A stretch of 64,000 nt of DNA. Source: Octopus vulgaris. Lineage: Eukaryota. The stretch is from assembly GCA_951406725.2 (NCBI GenBank), contig OX597829.1, forward strand, positions 10,230,001 to 10,294,000, written 5' to 3'. Below the pieces are notes generated by a model. That model worked only from the letters and a program-made list of their open reading frames with translations, was not told the origin of the DNA and searched no databases. The number at the start of each line of letters is the position of its first letter. Positions within the stretch are counted from its first letter, which is position 1. Positions 41,080 to 55,705 of this stretch are shown piece by piece. Both the position numbers and the translations under genes were made by a program.

Positions 41080-41342
41080 TTTCAAAAAGCCTGGCACTTA
41101 TAGTATTGGTCTCCTTTTGCCGAACCGCTAATTTACGAGGAGACAAGCACACCAACACCGATTGTCAAGTGGTGTGTGTTGCGCGCGCGCGTATGCGACT
41201 AACTTTTTTTCAGTTTCCGTCTACCAAATCCACCCACAAGGCTTTGGTCGGTTCAAGGCTATAGCAGAAGATACTTGCCCTAGGTGCCACGCAGTGGGAC
41301 TGAATTCAGGTTGGGAAGCAAAATTCTTAACACATAGCCATC
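41080..41342 (-). mobile_element. tRNA-CORE SINE
   Basis: Reverse complement of the 16389 family. Confidence 0.75.
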
Positions 41343-42849
41343 TACAATAAAGGTTCAAGATGCTTTACTAATAACCATATACAAAGCAAAACAACAACAA
41401 AAAATGAAGAAAAAGAGACATAGAGATGCAGCCCCTGTGTGTTCGTTGAAAGTAACTTGGATTTGAACAAATTCTAACTGCTTCCATGTTGATTTTACCG
41501 CTTACAATATTCCTATGATCATTGGTACTTACTATAAAAAGGCAACATTAAAAGTACCGTTATTACCACTTATTTGAAAATATGTCTAGAATCGTTAATG
41601 AACTGACGAACGTTACTAGTCCAAAGCTAAAAATAAATTGTTAATAAGGAATTATGGGAAGTCATTAATAAAGACAGATTAAATTGTAACACAAACATGT
41701 TTTCAATGAAACATGTTTGAATGAGAAGCTGTTTTCGACCCCTCCCCCTCCCCGCTCCCCACAGCCACTAATACTTCATCCACCACTCACCCCACTACAT
41801 ATACATACATATGTGTGTGTATGTGTTAATGTATGTATATATGTATTTATGTGTGTGTGTATATATAATATATGTACGTGTGTATGTGTTTGAATGTGTA
41901 TGTACGTATGTATGTATGTAAGTATGTATGTATGTATGTATGCATGTATGGAAGCATGTATGTATGTACATACGCACATAAAACCAAACAAACGTGATTA
42001 GATCTCATATCCTGCCTCTTGGATGATTGATATTACTGCCTCCTCTTCCCCTCTCTTGTTTTCTTTCTCCTTTTTCCCTTTTTTTCTTTTTTTTTTCCTA
42101 CTTTCTCATTGCTCATTCATTTGTGTTATCTATCCTTCAAATCAGAGACCTACAGCTTCACGAAATATTTCTACAGTATTTGACGAATAACTAACGGTTC
42201 CAAATAGATTTAGATCGTCCGAATATCAGAGTGAGAAGACGAATGGAATCATCTGTCGTCTCTTGATGTTTCGATTCGGAATGTTAAAGGCTTGCGGAGG
42301 CGTAGTGTGGTGCATGCAGGTCACTGCTAAACTGTTCAACGTGAACAATTAAATAGCGGTGGCAGTAATGATGGTGGTGGTGGTGGTGGTAAAGTTGACG
42401 GTGGTAATGGGATCAGTGAAAGAATTAAAAATAAAGCGTGTTTGGTAGCGGAGGCAGAAGGAATTGTGGGTAAAGTGTTTAACGGTGAGAGGGCAAAAGA
42501 AATTAGGAATGGAATGGTGTAAAAATAATCACAGGAAGTGAATAGTATAGCGAGTTGTGGGATGATTTAAAACCATTAGAAATGGATCTCCAGTTACTTT
42601 CTGTAGTTGCTTTATTCTTTTGTTTTTTCCACCTTTTTTTGTTGATGTTGGTTTTTGTATTGTTTTTCTTGTTAAGTAACCCTGCTAATTTACCCTGGGC
42701 AGACCTATGACATTTACACAGACGATTCAATGAAGCTTTAAATTAGGGTAACTAGAGGCGGGGGTGGGATTACTAGTCATGGTCAACATTGTGTAGTTTT
42801 ACAAAGCTCGCGGGAAACTGTGTGGAAACCTGCGGTATGTGTGCGTGTG

Positions 42850-43478
42850 TATCTTTGCGTTTGTACCCTGTATCATTTGACAACGGGTTTCGGTTTGTTT
42901 GCGAAACGTAGCAGACTTCGAAAAAGTAATCGCCGAGGTCGATTTGTTCGACTAAAAACTTCAAAACAGTGATCCAACATGGCTGCAGTCCAATGATGGG
43001 AATAAGTAAAATAAATATGAAAACATTTCTTCTTTAGAATAATCTGCGTATTACAATACATATTAAGGATTTGAAATTTCTCAGAGTAGGCACAGTAGTG
43101 GCTGTATGGTAAGAAGCTTGATTCCCAACCACAAGGTACCGGGTTCAATTCCACTGCGTGGTATGTTGGCGACTGTCTTCTATTATACCCTTGGGCTGAC
43201 TAAAGCCTTGTGAGTGGATTTGGTAGACGGAAACTGAAGGAATACCATCGTATGTGTGTGTGTGTGTGTGTGTATGTTTGTGTAGGTATGTTTTTGTGTG
43301 TCTGTGTTTGCCCTCCTACCATCCCTTGACAACCGATGTAAGTGTGCGGTTCGGCAAAAGAGACTGATACAATAAGTGCTAGGCTTACAAAGAATAAGTC
43401 CTGGGGTCGATTTGTTTGATTAAAGGCGGTACTCCAGCATGGTCGCAGTCAAATGACTGAAACAAGTAAAAGAATAAA
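42850..43478 (+). mobile_element. tRNA-CORE SINE tail (42850-43012) plus a full copy (43088-43478)
   Basis: Homology to 16389-16795. Confidence 0.8.
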
Positions 43479-43493
43479 TGACAACTACTTAGA

Positions 43494-43585
43494 ACATTAT
43501 TTACATTATTTACATCTGGCGGATATTTGTCCTCATCTTGTTTGTAAAATAACGTAAATAATGTACATCTCTTAAATATAGAACT
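43494..43585. mobile_element. Fold-back remnant of the short PLE-terminus repeat
   Basis: ACATTATTTACATCTGGCGGATATTTGTCCTCATCTTG then ..AATAATGTACATCTCTTAAATATAGAACT. Confidence 0.6.
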
Positions 43586-44819
43586 GAACTTAAAAGTTTC
43601 TTCATGCGTCTGCATGTTCTGTAAAAAAAAAATGACTCTTCGTAACTTGGTATATTGTAAAGCTGTATCCAGTATTTATACCTGGGAATCACAGGAAGGT
43701 ATGATTGAAGTGACCTTAAGATGACCTTTTGATTCTTTAATTTAGCCTTACATATGTATATTTACCACCAAAGAATGCCGTAATATGCATGTTTATACCC
43801 AAGACTTCAAACTATTTCACATATCATAGGATAAGAAAATAATATTTATAACATATCTCACATTTTTATAAGCTAGGCTGCGGATGTGTTTACAGCCTCA
43901 TGACCTATAGTCCCAAGGAACTTTATATCCATTTACACAGTGGTAAGCTGCCAACATTCTAACTAGCGATTCGCTCATGTTGCTGGAACTGAAACAATGG
44001 TCCTGCACACAAAGATTCCTAATTCGGCAAGAGATTATCGGCCGCCATTCAAATATGGTTGTGATATTGGATATTAGCGGATCAAATTTATTACGAAATA
44101 TTTTCATTGTTGAATACTTTCGCCCTTTGGATTCTTCGCTCATTGAATACAGTTACCTCTTTTCTTTTGAATAACTCATACATACTTAAGAGATGGTGAT
44201 GGGGAGGATGACTATGATGACGATGATGATAATGACAACGGTGAGAGATGACGGGGATTGATGGTGACGACGACGACGATGGCGATAATAATGACATTAT
44301 TTATCTCGATATTGTTATTGATATCCTTACACTATTCTTCGCTGCTTCAGCTTCTTCTATCGTCAACATCGATTTTATTGTTGTCTTTATTATTCTTCAG
44401 CACGATGTAATCAGCATTATCGATTCTGGCAACGTTATCGAATATTTTTTTGTTCTTTGCTTTCTTTTTTTATTTAATTTTACAGTAATTGTTGTTGCTG
44501 TTGTGGCTGCAGTTGTCCCCGTATTTGTTTTTATTGATGTAATTGCAATTGTTTCTTTGTTGTTGTTATTGTTTGTTTATATGTATAGCATATATAAAAA
44601 CCACATTGCGTTTACTAAGACATAACTTACAAGAGAGTAACTTTGCAACGCAAGGAGAATGAATACCAGAAGGCACTTTTTTAAAATGTACCGGGTTTTC
44701 TCTTGACACTTTTTAATGTATTTTTCGGCCATATGTGTGTGCATCTGTGAGTGCATGAACTGGAGTGCATGCAGTTGCATGTATATGCACACACACACAC
44801 ACATACATATATTTACATA

Positions 44820-45435
44820 TAGGCGTCGCTGTGTGCTAAAAAGCTTGATTCCCAATCTCATGGCTTTGGGTTCAGGCAAGTGTCCTCTATTATGGCCTCA
44901 GGCCGACCAAAGTCTTGTGAATGGATTTTGTAGACAGTAACTAAAAGAAGCCCATCGTATATATATATATGTATATATACATAGAGTGAGAGAGAGAGAG
45001 AGAGAGACATATATATATATATATGTATGTATATATATATGTATATATACATATATATATTTATATATATATTTATATACATATTTGAATATATATGAAT
45101 ATATATGAATATATATGTGTATATATATATATATATACACACACATTAGCAATGCACCCCAGCGTTGCCCGGGTATTATGATCCACAGCGACATTGTATT
45201 ATTTATTCCTTTTTATGGGCAGAAGGAAGAAAACAACACTTCTTTATAAACATATTTCTCAGTCATTTTCTGATGAACAAGGCTACAGTTTCTGCCTACC
45301 AAATTAGGTCATATGTCTGTGGTTGGCCTAAGGCTAAAGTAGAAAACACTTGCCCAAGGTACTATGCAGAAGGACTGAACGTGGAACCATGTGATTGGGA
45401 AGCAAACTTCTTAACCAAACAGTCATTCTTGCACC
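44820..45435. mobile_element. Two tRNA-CORE SINE heads in opposite orientation (44820-44960 +, 45285-45435 -)
   Basis: Homology to the 16389 family head. Confidence 0.65.
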
Positions 45436-45440
45436 TAATA

Positions 45441-45532
<92 letters not shown>

Positions 45533-45701
45533 CGTGTTTGTGTGTGTGTGTTTAGATTTGTTGTTAAATCGAGTATCGTGCCCCACTATGTTACAAAGTT
45601 AGATGTTCAATATCTTCAAAGTTTCATTCCTGCTAAAACCCCATCTACTTATAACAATGTCTCATTAGGTTTTATCTAAAACAAAAATTGCCCTGGCAGA
45701 G

Positions 45702-46091
45702 TTGCAGGTGGGGCCCAGTTAGAATTTTCTTCTGGTCGAGTAACCCATCCTGTTCAATGGTCTTTAAATAATGGTTCTTTAAGGATTTTGAAAGAACCAC
45801 CCATGTTTCCAATGGTGAATGATTCAAACCCCAAAAAATCCCTCTCAACACATGGCTATGATGTTCCCCTACTACTTCTGCTCGTGATTAGAGATGCACA
45901 TATCGTCAGCCACTAACGGACATGCTCAACTGGTTAAGGTCAAACAACTGACAAGCAAATCTGTGGTATTGAGCAGAATATTTGCTGTAGCCCATCTTTT
46001 ATACCAAGACAAAACAATGTACATGATAACACTTCCAATCAGTTAAGATCAGAAGCCATGAGAGCCACTGCCTGGTACTGTATCAGGGCAT
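45702..46091. mobile_element. Unclassified ~550 bp repeat, copy 4 (truncated)
   Basis: Matches 36239-36623. Confidence 0.85.
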
Positions 46092-46153
46092 TTATTATTG
46101 TTGTTGTTGTTTTTGTTGTTGCTGCTGCTGCTGTTGTTGTTGTCGTTATTATT

Positions 46154-46185
<32 letters not shown>

Positions 46186-46489
46186 ATAACTATTCAATCT
46201 TTGGTTGATTGAGGCAAATGTCTGCTGCATCACCTGTTACACCTCCCTGTTGCGGGTGGGTGGGTGCAGCATTATGTGTTCTTTTCTGTTGTTGGGAGTG
46301 TGAGAACTCTTCCCGGCAATGTTTCGTTTTAGCAATTTATCCTTGTGGTGTGGTGCTGTCTTTTGTTGTGTTACTGCTTATAGTGGCGTGTGTGATGCTT
46401 TGGTTTTCTGGCTTATTGCTCGGAATTTATTTTACTAGATAAATGCTGTATAGAGTGTCTTGTATTTGTAGGTTGTTTTGTTTAGGTTG

Positions 46490-47300
46490 TACAGGGTGTC
46501 TCAAAATCAATTTCATCCTTTCGGGGTCGATAAATTAAGTACCAGTTACACAGTGGTGTCGATGTAATCGACTTAATCCCTTTGTCTGTACTTGTTTGTC
46601 CCCTCTCTGTTTAGCCCTGTGTGGGCAATAAAAGAAATAGGAAGTTAATATCCACAAGTCAAATTTTGCAACATTACTACATCACATACAAAAAATGTCA
46701 TTGCTTAAATGGCAGCCATTTTTGGCTTCGCACGCCTGTGCTCTTTCCAAAACTTCACTCTCAAGAGTTTCAGTCATCACTTCTTTGTTTTCTCTATTGA
46801 TGCTCTCCTTCAGTTGCACCAGGTTCTCCGATTTGTTAACGTAAACCCTCAAGAAAAAATCCGGGCTAGTCAAATCTGGAGAACGTGAAGGCCATTCAAA
46901 ATAGACTTCACACATGGTTCCAGCAAGATGGCACAATTTCTCATACCGCAAGAGAGACAATGCAGTTGTTATGGCAGTGCTTTGGAGAGAGAATAATCTC
47001 CTGCTACGGCAAATCAACTGGCCTTCATGCTCCCCAAACTTGACTAACCTGGATTTTTTCTTGTGGGTTACCTGAGAGGGAGGATCTACGTCAACAAACC
47101 GGAGTCCCTGGTGCAACTGAAAGAGAACATCAATAGAGCAATCAGAGAAGTGGGGTCTGAAACTCTTGAGGGTGTTATGGTGCAAGTTTTGGAAAGATCA
47201 TGGGCGTGCAAAACTGAAAATGGTTGCCACTTAAGCATTGTCATTTTTCATATGTGATTTAGCGGTGTTGCAAAACTTTACTTGTGCATATTAATGTCCA
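46490..47300. mobile_element. Tc1/mariner-superfamily transposase remnant with inverted duplication; Meta-SINE piece at about 46511-46640
   Basis: TACAGGGTGTCTCAAAA TIR-like end; plus strand WFQQDG..HT..WP.CSP.LT..DFFL; 46641-46900 is the reverse complement of 47012-47300. Confidence 0.8.
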
Positions 47301-47329
47301 TTATGTCTTTTATATTATGTCAACATTTC

Positions 47330-49330
47330 ATGAATTTATTTGTAAAGTTAAGGAAGTTATTAAAAACTGAAACTCATAAGTGACTTTTGGGATGCCATGT
47401 ATTATTGGATTGATAGTGTCTTGCGTAAGATGTAAGATTTTTCCTAGCTGGGCTATTTTTTGGACACTGTGTAGTGTTGAGGATCCAGGTATAGCTTCTA
47501 CATTTTTGTTCATATGATTTTTTTTTATCATGCCCATTGCTCCAATTATTATTGGTATAGTTTTTACGTTCATGTCCCACATTTTGAATACTTTAGTTTC
47601 GAGGTCTCTGCACTTCGACAATGTCTCATCTTTTTGGACAATATTTTGATCAGAAGGGACTGCAGTGTCTATCAGTAAGTTTTTTTTCCCCATTCCTTGA
47701 CTATTATGTCTGGGCGATTAGTTTTTATTTCTTTATCCGTTTGAACCGGCATATCCTAGATGATTGGGGCCTAATCGTTATCTTGTACCTTGCTTGTTTT
47801 AATGCTAATACTACCTGCTGTCCATTCTGATGTTGTAATGTTGGCATATTGTCCAGTGAACATAATTACTTACTTTGTCGTATCTGTATACATATTCAAA
47901 CTTAGCAAGGACTGGACAGCCCGAGATAGAGTGGTCAACTATATCATTGTACTGGTTGCACATTCTGCATTTGGCGTTGAGGCCTGTTTTCATTATTTTG
48001 TTTATATAATTGTTTGTAGTCAGGCATTCAGTCCTGAGCTTTTGAGCCATTGTTGACTTTTACTTAGGCTCACTTCTTCTCTCTCTCCATTTCTGTTTCA
48101 GTATCTTTTGTAATTCAGTTTTCATGTTTTTTGGTCTCTCTCGGCATTTCTGTTATGTTGTCATCTGGGGCCAGTGTTTCTTTTTTTTTTTTTTTTTTCA
48201 TGTTTCTTTACTAAATGCAGTAGCCTTCCCCTCTTTATTTCTAAGTAATTTGCTAGTCCAACCGTTGTCAATTTATAGTAGTTTTCTCTTTGAATCAGGC
48301 CACGGCCACCTTCTGAGCGGGGTAGATACATTCTGTCTGCGTCTGTTTTGGGGTGGTGACTTCGGTACGCTGCTGATAATTTTCTGGTTTTTCTATCTAG
48401 GTTTCTCATTTCACTTATTTCAGCTCAATATGTTAAAGCTGTAATTTATGACTGGTATGACTAGCGTGTTTATCTCTATTATCTTATTTTTAGCATTAAG
48501 TTCAGTGTTTCATATTAGTCTAACTCTTCTGTAATTCTCTCTCTTAATTTTTGCTTTCATTTCTGTGTATTGCGTTTTAGCTGTTTCTTCTATTCCTAGA
48601 TATTTGTATGGGTGATTGTAGTCTAATTCTCTAATTTCTGTATCTATGTCGAGTGCAGTGTTTCCAGTGCTGAATAATTTGCCTCTTCTCAGTGTGACTC
48701 TGGCACATTTGTCCAGCCCCATGCTCATTCCGATGTCATTACTGAAACTCTGAAGAATTTTGACGACGTTTCTCTGTTCCATGGTGCTTTTAGCGTAAAG
48801 TTTTAGGTCATCCATGTATAGGAGATGGCTTATATTTTGACTTTTACTTAGGTTCACTTCCTCTCTCTGTCAAGCTTTGCAGGGTTACTGGCCATGAAGT
48901 GCTTTTTCTTTCCATTTCTGATAGAAAATTACGATAAAATAACAACAGGTGGAATAGCAAAGTACTTAGAAAGAAAGAGGGATTAGAGAAAGACAGAAAA
49001 GCAGGGGTGACTGTGAGTCTCCCTGGAAAATCCCTTTTCTTATGGTTATAGGGTAGGTTTTAATAACTTGTGAGTCATTTTTTAATGTTCAACTGGTTTT
49101 CCACTTTGCCATTGCATGTTTAATATATTTTAAGTAGTGGTGGGGCCACCTTATTTGTGTGGAGAGATTCCCGTGTCCATGAGTGTGGAACACCGTTGAA
49201 TGCTTTCTGATAATCAATCAAAGTCATGTTCAGGTTTGTCTTACTCCTCTTACAGTCCACTATATTTGCACGGTTTACCAGAAGTTGCTACTTACAGCTA
49301 TACATCCTTCTCCGGCACTCTGTTTGTTCT
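47330..49330 (-). mobile_element. Degraded R4/Dong-type LINE (RT to endonuclease)
   Basis: KAFNGVPHSW, GIFQGDS.SP, HLLYMDDLKLYA, YKYLG, GGRGL, CRMC..H.ISGC, LLIDTAVPSD. Confidence 0.9.
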
Positions 49331-49384
49331 TTTGGTATGGTAGTGAAAGCACAATATCTCATCCAAAAGTAAAGAATTCTTTAA

Positions 49385-50030
49385 AAATTTGAAATAACAT
49401 TAGCTTTCACCACGGCCTCAAGACGGCTCCAAAGCCTGGTGCATTCTTTCTCCACTGTGTCCTTGAGAAGTTCTTTGAACACATCCGTAATCTTGATGTT
49501 GCAGGGAGGGTGGTTGGTGTCTTTCTTTCTGAACTGTCCCGACGCACAGTAGTCGATGGGTTTAGGGGGCTAAAATTTGGAGCTGCTGAAGCCTAGAAAT
49601 TCTACAACCACTTTTGACTCTTTCCGGAGGTATGGCAAGGAGCCAAATATTGCTGCCATACATATAGCCGTCCAACAGCAACCCTCTTGACTCAGGGATT
49701 GACCATTGTCTCCATGGGCTTCACATAACCGTCTGAATTGAGCCTAAGGTTTTCTTCAAATGCGTAGACGGTAGGGCGTCACCACCGCAGTTTCGATGAA
49801 CTTTATTTTAATGGGAGTTATGATATTGGCATTTTCAAACCCGGCGCGAATCATTATCACACAGATAACTCTTTTTTAATATCCAAATGGCTTCCAGTCC
49901 TCCACGTCTGCTAACTTTTTCTCAACTACACCATTTATTTTTATACTCTCAGACACTGTTGAGTGTTCACCAGCACATCAAACTGTTCATGAAAAAAGAG
50001 GCATAAAATTTGCCAAATTTAGCCCTAACA
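49385..50030 (-). mobile_element. Degraded Tc1/mariner (DD37D-like) transposase fragment
   Basis: Minus strand LRLNSDGYV..GRLYVWQQYLAPCHTSGKSQKWL..RLEAVVKAN. Confidence 0.7.
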
Positions 50031-50066
50031 TTCTGTCTTGTGTCTAATAAATACTATAGTCACATT

Positions 50067-50255
50067 GAAGGCAGCTGCTGGCAGTGTTGTTTATCACGTC
50101 GAGCAAAATGCTTAGCGGATATTACGTCATCTTCACATTCTGAGTTCAAATTCTACCTAGGTAATCTTTGCTTTTCATCCTTTCGAGGTCGATAGACTGA
50201 GTACGAGTTGAGCACCAGAACCGACGTAATCGACTCTATCGAAATTGCTGGCCTT
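50067..50255 (+). mobile_element. Meta-type SINE, degraded
   Basis: AAATGCTTAGCGG, GAGTTCAAATTC, TTTCATCCTTTCGAGGTCGAT. Confidence 0.7.
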
Positions 50256-50609
50256 GTTATTGTCATTTTGGTATTGGTCCAACCAAGACTATAAATTGCA
50301 GGAGTTTGGCCGATATGCAGTGGTGCAGGTCTCAATCAGGACGATGGTGTTGCGGGCAGAACACCGTAGCCACATAGCCTTTAGTGTGTTCTTGTGATTG
50401 CCGTTCGTATTCTTGTTGTTGTTGTTATTGTCGTTTATGCTCTTGTTTTTGCTGCAGTTGTTGCCGATCTTCACACTGACAACATCGTAATTATCAACAC
50501 GATCAAATATTTTCTCCATTATTATGTTATTGGAGCTACAAAAATAATATCTTTGACTTCGTAATGTTGCTGTTGAAGTATATTCAGCGTACAAGTACAT
50601 GCAGAGCTT

Positions 50610-50705
50610 GTACCTATATATATGTATCTGTGTGTATGTGTGTATATATGTATATCACGTCGTTGTGTAATATATACAATTTTATCCATATACATTCAGT
50701 AATGT

Positions 50706-50778
<73 letters not shown>

Positions 50779-51132
50779 GCACATACATATAACGGGTATA
50801 TGTGTCTGTGCATGTATGCGCATAGTTCTATACGTACAACTATGTGTGTGTGCGTTTGTATGTATGTAAATGTATACACACAAGCACACACACATAAAGG
50901 TAAATAAATAGATAACCGCATATTTGTTTTTTTATTCATTTTATTTACACTTACATATGTGTATGTGTGCATGTATGTATATATATATATATATATGCAT
51001 ATATGTATATGTATATGTGCGAATTTATGTTTGCATGTATATTTGTAGATATTTATGTAAATTCATATTTACAGAAAGTGAAGAAGTGGGCAAAGAACCA
51101 GAGATAGAGGGTTAAACACTAGAGAGATGTAT

Positions 51133-51189
<57 letters not shown>

Positions 51190-51800
51190 TACATATATAC
51201 ATATATATATACGTATATACAAATATACATATATATATATACGTCTTCATTTAATCATATGCCTGGGAATTACATGATTGGAAATATTTATTCAGATATT
51301 TACTCGGAAAGAGAAAGTTGGGGAGATAGAGAGTGGGGGAATGAAGGGCTGAAAGGGAGAGACAGAGTGGGGGGAGAGAAAACAAGAGAGGATAAAAATG
51401 TGAAAGTGAGGGAGAGAGAGAGTTGTTTTCCAATTTCTTATGAACATTACAAGGTGTCCTGGTTACAATGAAGAAGAAAATAATATAGAATAAAATAAAA
51501 TAAAATAAAATAAAATAAAATAAAAAGAAAACAGAAAGCAAAAGCAAAAAGAAATGAAAACAAAACAAATTGCATGGAAATGGTTTGGCTGTGCGGAGCA
51601 GATCATATAGAGTTCATTTCAACCTTAACTATCCCTTTCACTCTTCCTCCAACCCTCTCCTCCCTACCTTTTCTCTCTCTTTCCTTCCCACTCTCTTTCT
51701 CTATCTTCCCCACCTCTCTCTCTCTCTCTCCCTCTCTCTCTCTCTCTATATATATATATTTCTCTTCGGTTCTTTCTCTCTCTTTCTCTCTTTCTCTTCG

Positions 51801-51846
<46 letters not shown>

Positions 51847-52478
51847 GTTTTTATATAGGAAGACATCACCATTTGATGTATGAGATGAATAAGAGGAATG
51901 AAAAGGCTCTATTTCATGTTTCACTAGATCGTGTCTGTCCACAGACTCGTAGGTTTTTGTAACGTTTTGTAGAAAGTCGTCAGAGCTTGGAAAACACCCT
52001 CTAAGGTTACTTCCGCCTCTGTAATGTCCAACACGTTTCACTCGTCTATATTGAGTGTAATATATTAAACACAATTGCTTTCAAGTTATTTGTTACAAGC
52101 TGTTCCTGAACTGCAGATTTTTCTAATATTATTTTTAGAATTATCTTTACATCTAAGTTGTAAATTATTTTCGTTCGTTACAAATAAAGCCCCCACCATC
52201 ACCACCAACCTGCACCCTCAACACAATGGAGATACTGACAGGAAGGCAATTTTGTTGATTTCGCTAATATGAGATATGTGTTTGGGTTGTTATTATTTTC
52301 TTTTCTTTTTTTTTTATATGTTTTAATATTTTTTTCTCTCTCTTCGTTTCTGTTCGTGTGTGTTTGCCATGTATGTCCATGTTAGCGAATCTGAGTATGC
52401 CTATATGTGCAAATAAAGCCATACATATATACATATATATAGATATAGATGCAGGTACCGAAATACATAATTTTATAG

Positions 52479-52550
<72 letters not shown>

Positions 52551-53218
52551 ATATGTGAGTGTGTATGTATGTATACACACACACACACATATATATATGT
52601 ATGTATATATATTTATATAATACATATGTATATTATGTATTAATATTATATATATATGCACAAAGCTTCATAGCTTCATTAACATTATGTAGTTGTTAAT
52701 ACACTCACAGAAATACACATATACATAAAACTATCTCTTATAAGTTTGTGTGTGTGTGTGTGTGTTTCTGTTCGTCTACATGCATATAATATCCAGTCAT
52801 TACATGGGTCTACACAGTGAATAGCTATGTTATATGCATTTCAGTAAAGTAAATAACAAATGATGTAAATGATATATGCATCCTATTTTGCTGAACACAT
52901 TAAACATACACTTATACACATAATGAGCACACGCGTACACACATATATACAAAATACATGCATTTAAAAGCGTATGCTTATATATACACACTTATATATG
53001 TACATATATATGCATATACATATATATATATCGGTTTGTATGCATATGTATATATGTATTTATGTATGCATGTATGTATATATATGTATATGTGTGTGTG
53101 CTTTCGTGCGTATGTATATGTATATATATATATATATGGGGGCAGGTATATATATATATATATATACATAAACATATATGTACACATATACATACATATA
53201 TATACATACATATGTATG

Positions 53219-53286
<68 letters not shown>

Positions 53287-53495
53287 TGTATGTATGTATG
53301 TATGTATGTATGTATGTATGCTTAGATTCACAACCCACTTAAGATTGACTAACATGAACCGCACGCATCCTTTTGGTGTGAGGAAATAATCGGATTTACC
53401 AACAGACATATTTGCATATATTTACGAACATATGTGAGCATGTGTGTATTTAAGTATGTTGAATTGCATATAAATATGTACACACACACATACAC

Positions 53496-53554
<59 letters not shown>

Positions 53555-54160
53555 TATATACATATATATATATATGTATATGTATATATTCATATATATG
53601 TATATATTCATATATATGTATATATTCATATGCTTTTGGATATATTGATAGAAATATGCAGTCTTAACAAATACCTATAAGAAATTATATATAAATATAT
53701 ATATATATATATATACATGTGTGTGTATGTGTGTGTGTGTACATACATAAATATGAACACACGTATGTATGCAAACATACATTAATATTTATGCCTATGT
53801 ATATATGTATGTATATAGGTGTGTGTCTGTGTGTATATAGGTATGTATGCATGCACATATATATATCAATTGACATATACTAATATATAACTATATATAA
53901 ATATATGTATGTGTATATATATATATACATATATATATATACATATATACACATACACATACATATACATGTGTGGATATATGTGTATTTGTGTTCGTAC
54001 ACTTAAATACTACTCTCTTCCACTCTCCCACAAAAACATATACAGATATACATGCCCATGTTTTTTTCTTATATATATACACACTTATACACATTCAATG
54101 TGAATGCGTCTGTACATGTTTAAGTATGTTCATACGCATGTTCATACATACATATGTTAA
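50610..54160. repeat. Extended low-complexity TA/CA/TATG/CT domain with short unique islands
   Basis: Direct reading. Confidence 0.85.
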
Positions 54161-54947
54161 TTTCGAATTCTCATTTCATTAAATATTGGTATAAGTTAAG
54201 ATGAAAGAAAATAACCCCAAGAAAACGATATGTTTTGGAAACACTACCATAGAACAAGTTGATAGGCAAATGAAGCATGAAATATGAATTTTTACACTCG
54301 CAACTTATCGACAGATGCATTCAGTCCATAACATTTCAATAACGACTCGGAAAATTGCAATCCTGCATTCCAAACACTATTTTAACATGGAAATGAATAA
54401 CAGGATGGATTTTTTTTTAGTTATCATTATCATCGGGATTATTATTTTTGTTATTGTTATTATCGTTAATTTTATTTATTTATTGTTATTATTAATACTA
54501 TTTGTAATTATTGAATGAGGATTAATGTGCAGACGGTGGATCTGCTTTCGAGGATAATTTGGATAAAGATGGGTGAGAACTGCAAGATTAGCCTTCAGGT
54601 GACACATAAGCCTCCGCGTAATTTCAGCCTCTTGTTCGGAAAACAACACTATGTATGAGCACTCACAGTGGTCTTAGATTTGTAAGTCCCACTGAAATTT
54701 CACTTCTCAATCACCACCATTATCATTATCATCAGCATTCTTTTTTTTTTTTGTCTTTAGGGCATTGGATCTGCAAAATATGTTTCGCAATATTATTCCC
54801 ACTCTTTGCTTACATTATTAGTGTAAGTACCGAACGGTAAGTCAACTTTATTTTAACATGTCTTCGAGGCCATGATGGTATTAACTTATGCTCTTCTATC
54901 CAAACTGCTCCCCTTGGGCTCCTATCAGAAATTATTTATTATTATTA

Positions 54948-55516
54948 TTCAGTAGTTTTATTTTTATTTTTATAGCGTGCTTTCACTTCACTACCGAGCG
55001 CAGCTCTGTGTGCCTTTGGGTATGTGCTGTGATTTGTTGTGATGCTCTGATGGTTATTGTATGGAAAGTGTTCTGCGTAGGATGTGGGCAGTGCCTAGTA
55101 GTGCAATTTTCTGTATGTTATATGTGTTTGTAAGTCCTGGTGTTTTTGTTATGTATTTGTCTGAATATTTTTTTATCATGCCTAATGCAGCTACTATGAT
55201 AGGAATTGTTTCTGTTTTCAGATTCCACATTCTAGTTACCTCTATTTCCAGGTCTTTGTATTTTGAGAGTTTCTCCATTTCTTTTAGAGACACGTTGTCA
55301 TCTGCCGGTATTGATACATCAATTAAAAAGCATTTTTTTCTTCATGATCTCTGACAACTATATCTGGTCTGTTGGCCTTAATTTCTCTATGTATGTATCG
55401 GCATATCCCAGAGTATGGTTGCTTTCTCGTTTTCTGTGACCTTTTCTGGTGTGTGCCTATACCATCTTTTTTCTGTTGTTATTCCATAATGTTGGCATAG
55501 CTTCCAATGTATGTAG

Positions 55517-55517
<1 letters not shown>
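54948..55517 (-). mobile_element. 5'-truncated R4/Dong-type LINE, same family as 29680
   Basis: Near-identical peptide SLKEMEKLSKYKDLEIEVTRMW..LRRTLSIQ. Confidence 0.92.
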
Positions 55518-55600
<83 letters not shown>

Positions 55601-55705
55601 GTTGTTGTTGTTGTTGTTGTTATTATTATTATTGTTATTATTAATATTATTATTATTATCATCATCATCATCATTATTATTGTTATTATTATTATTATTA
55701 TTATT

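Noticed and set aside
43895-43941. Possible micro-exon (TTTACAG ... GTAAGC)
   Set aside because: Splice motifs alone are expected by chance; no supporting protein motif
51839-51860. TCACCGGG miRNA-seed-like sequence
   Set aside because: No precursor hairpin; sits at the end of a (CT)n run
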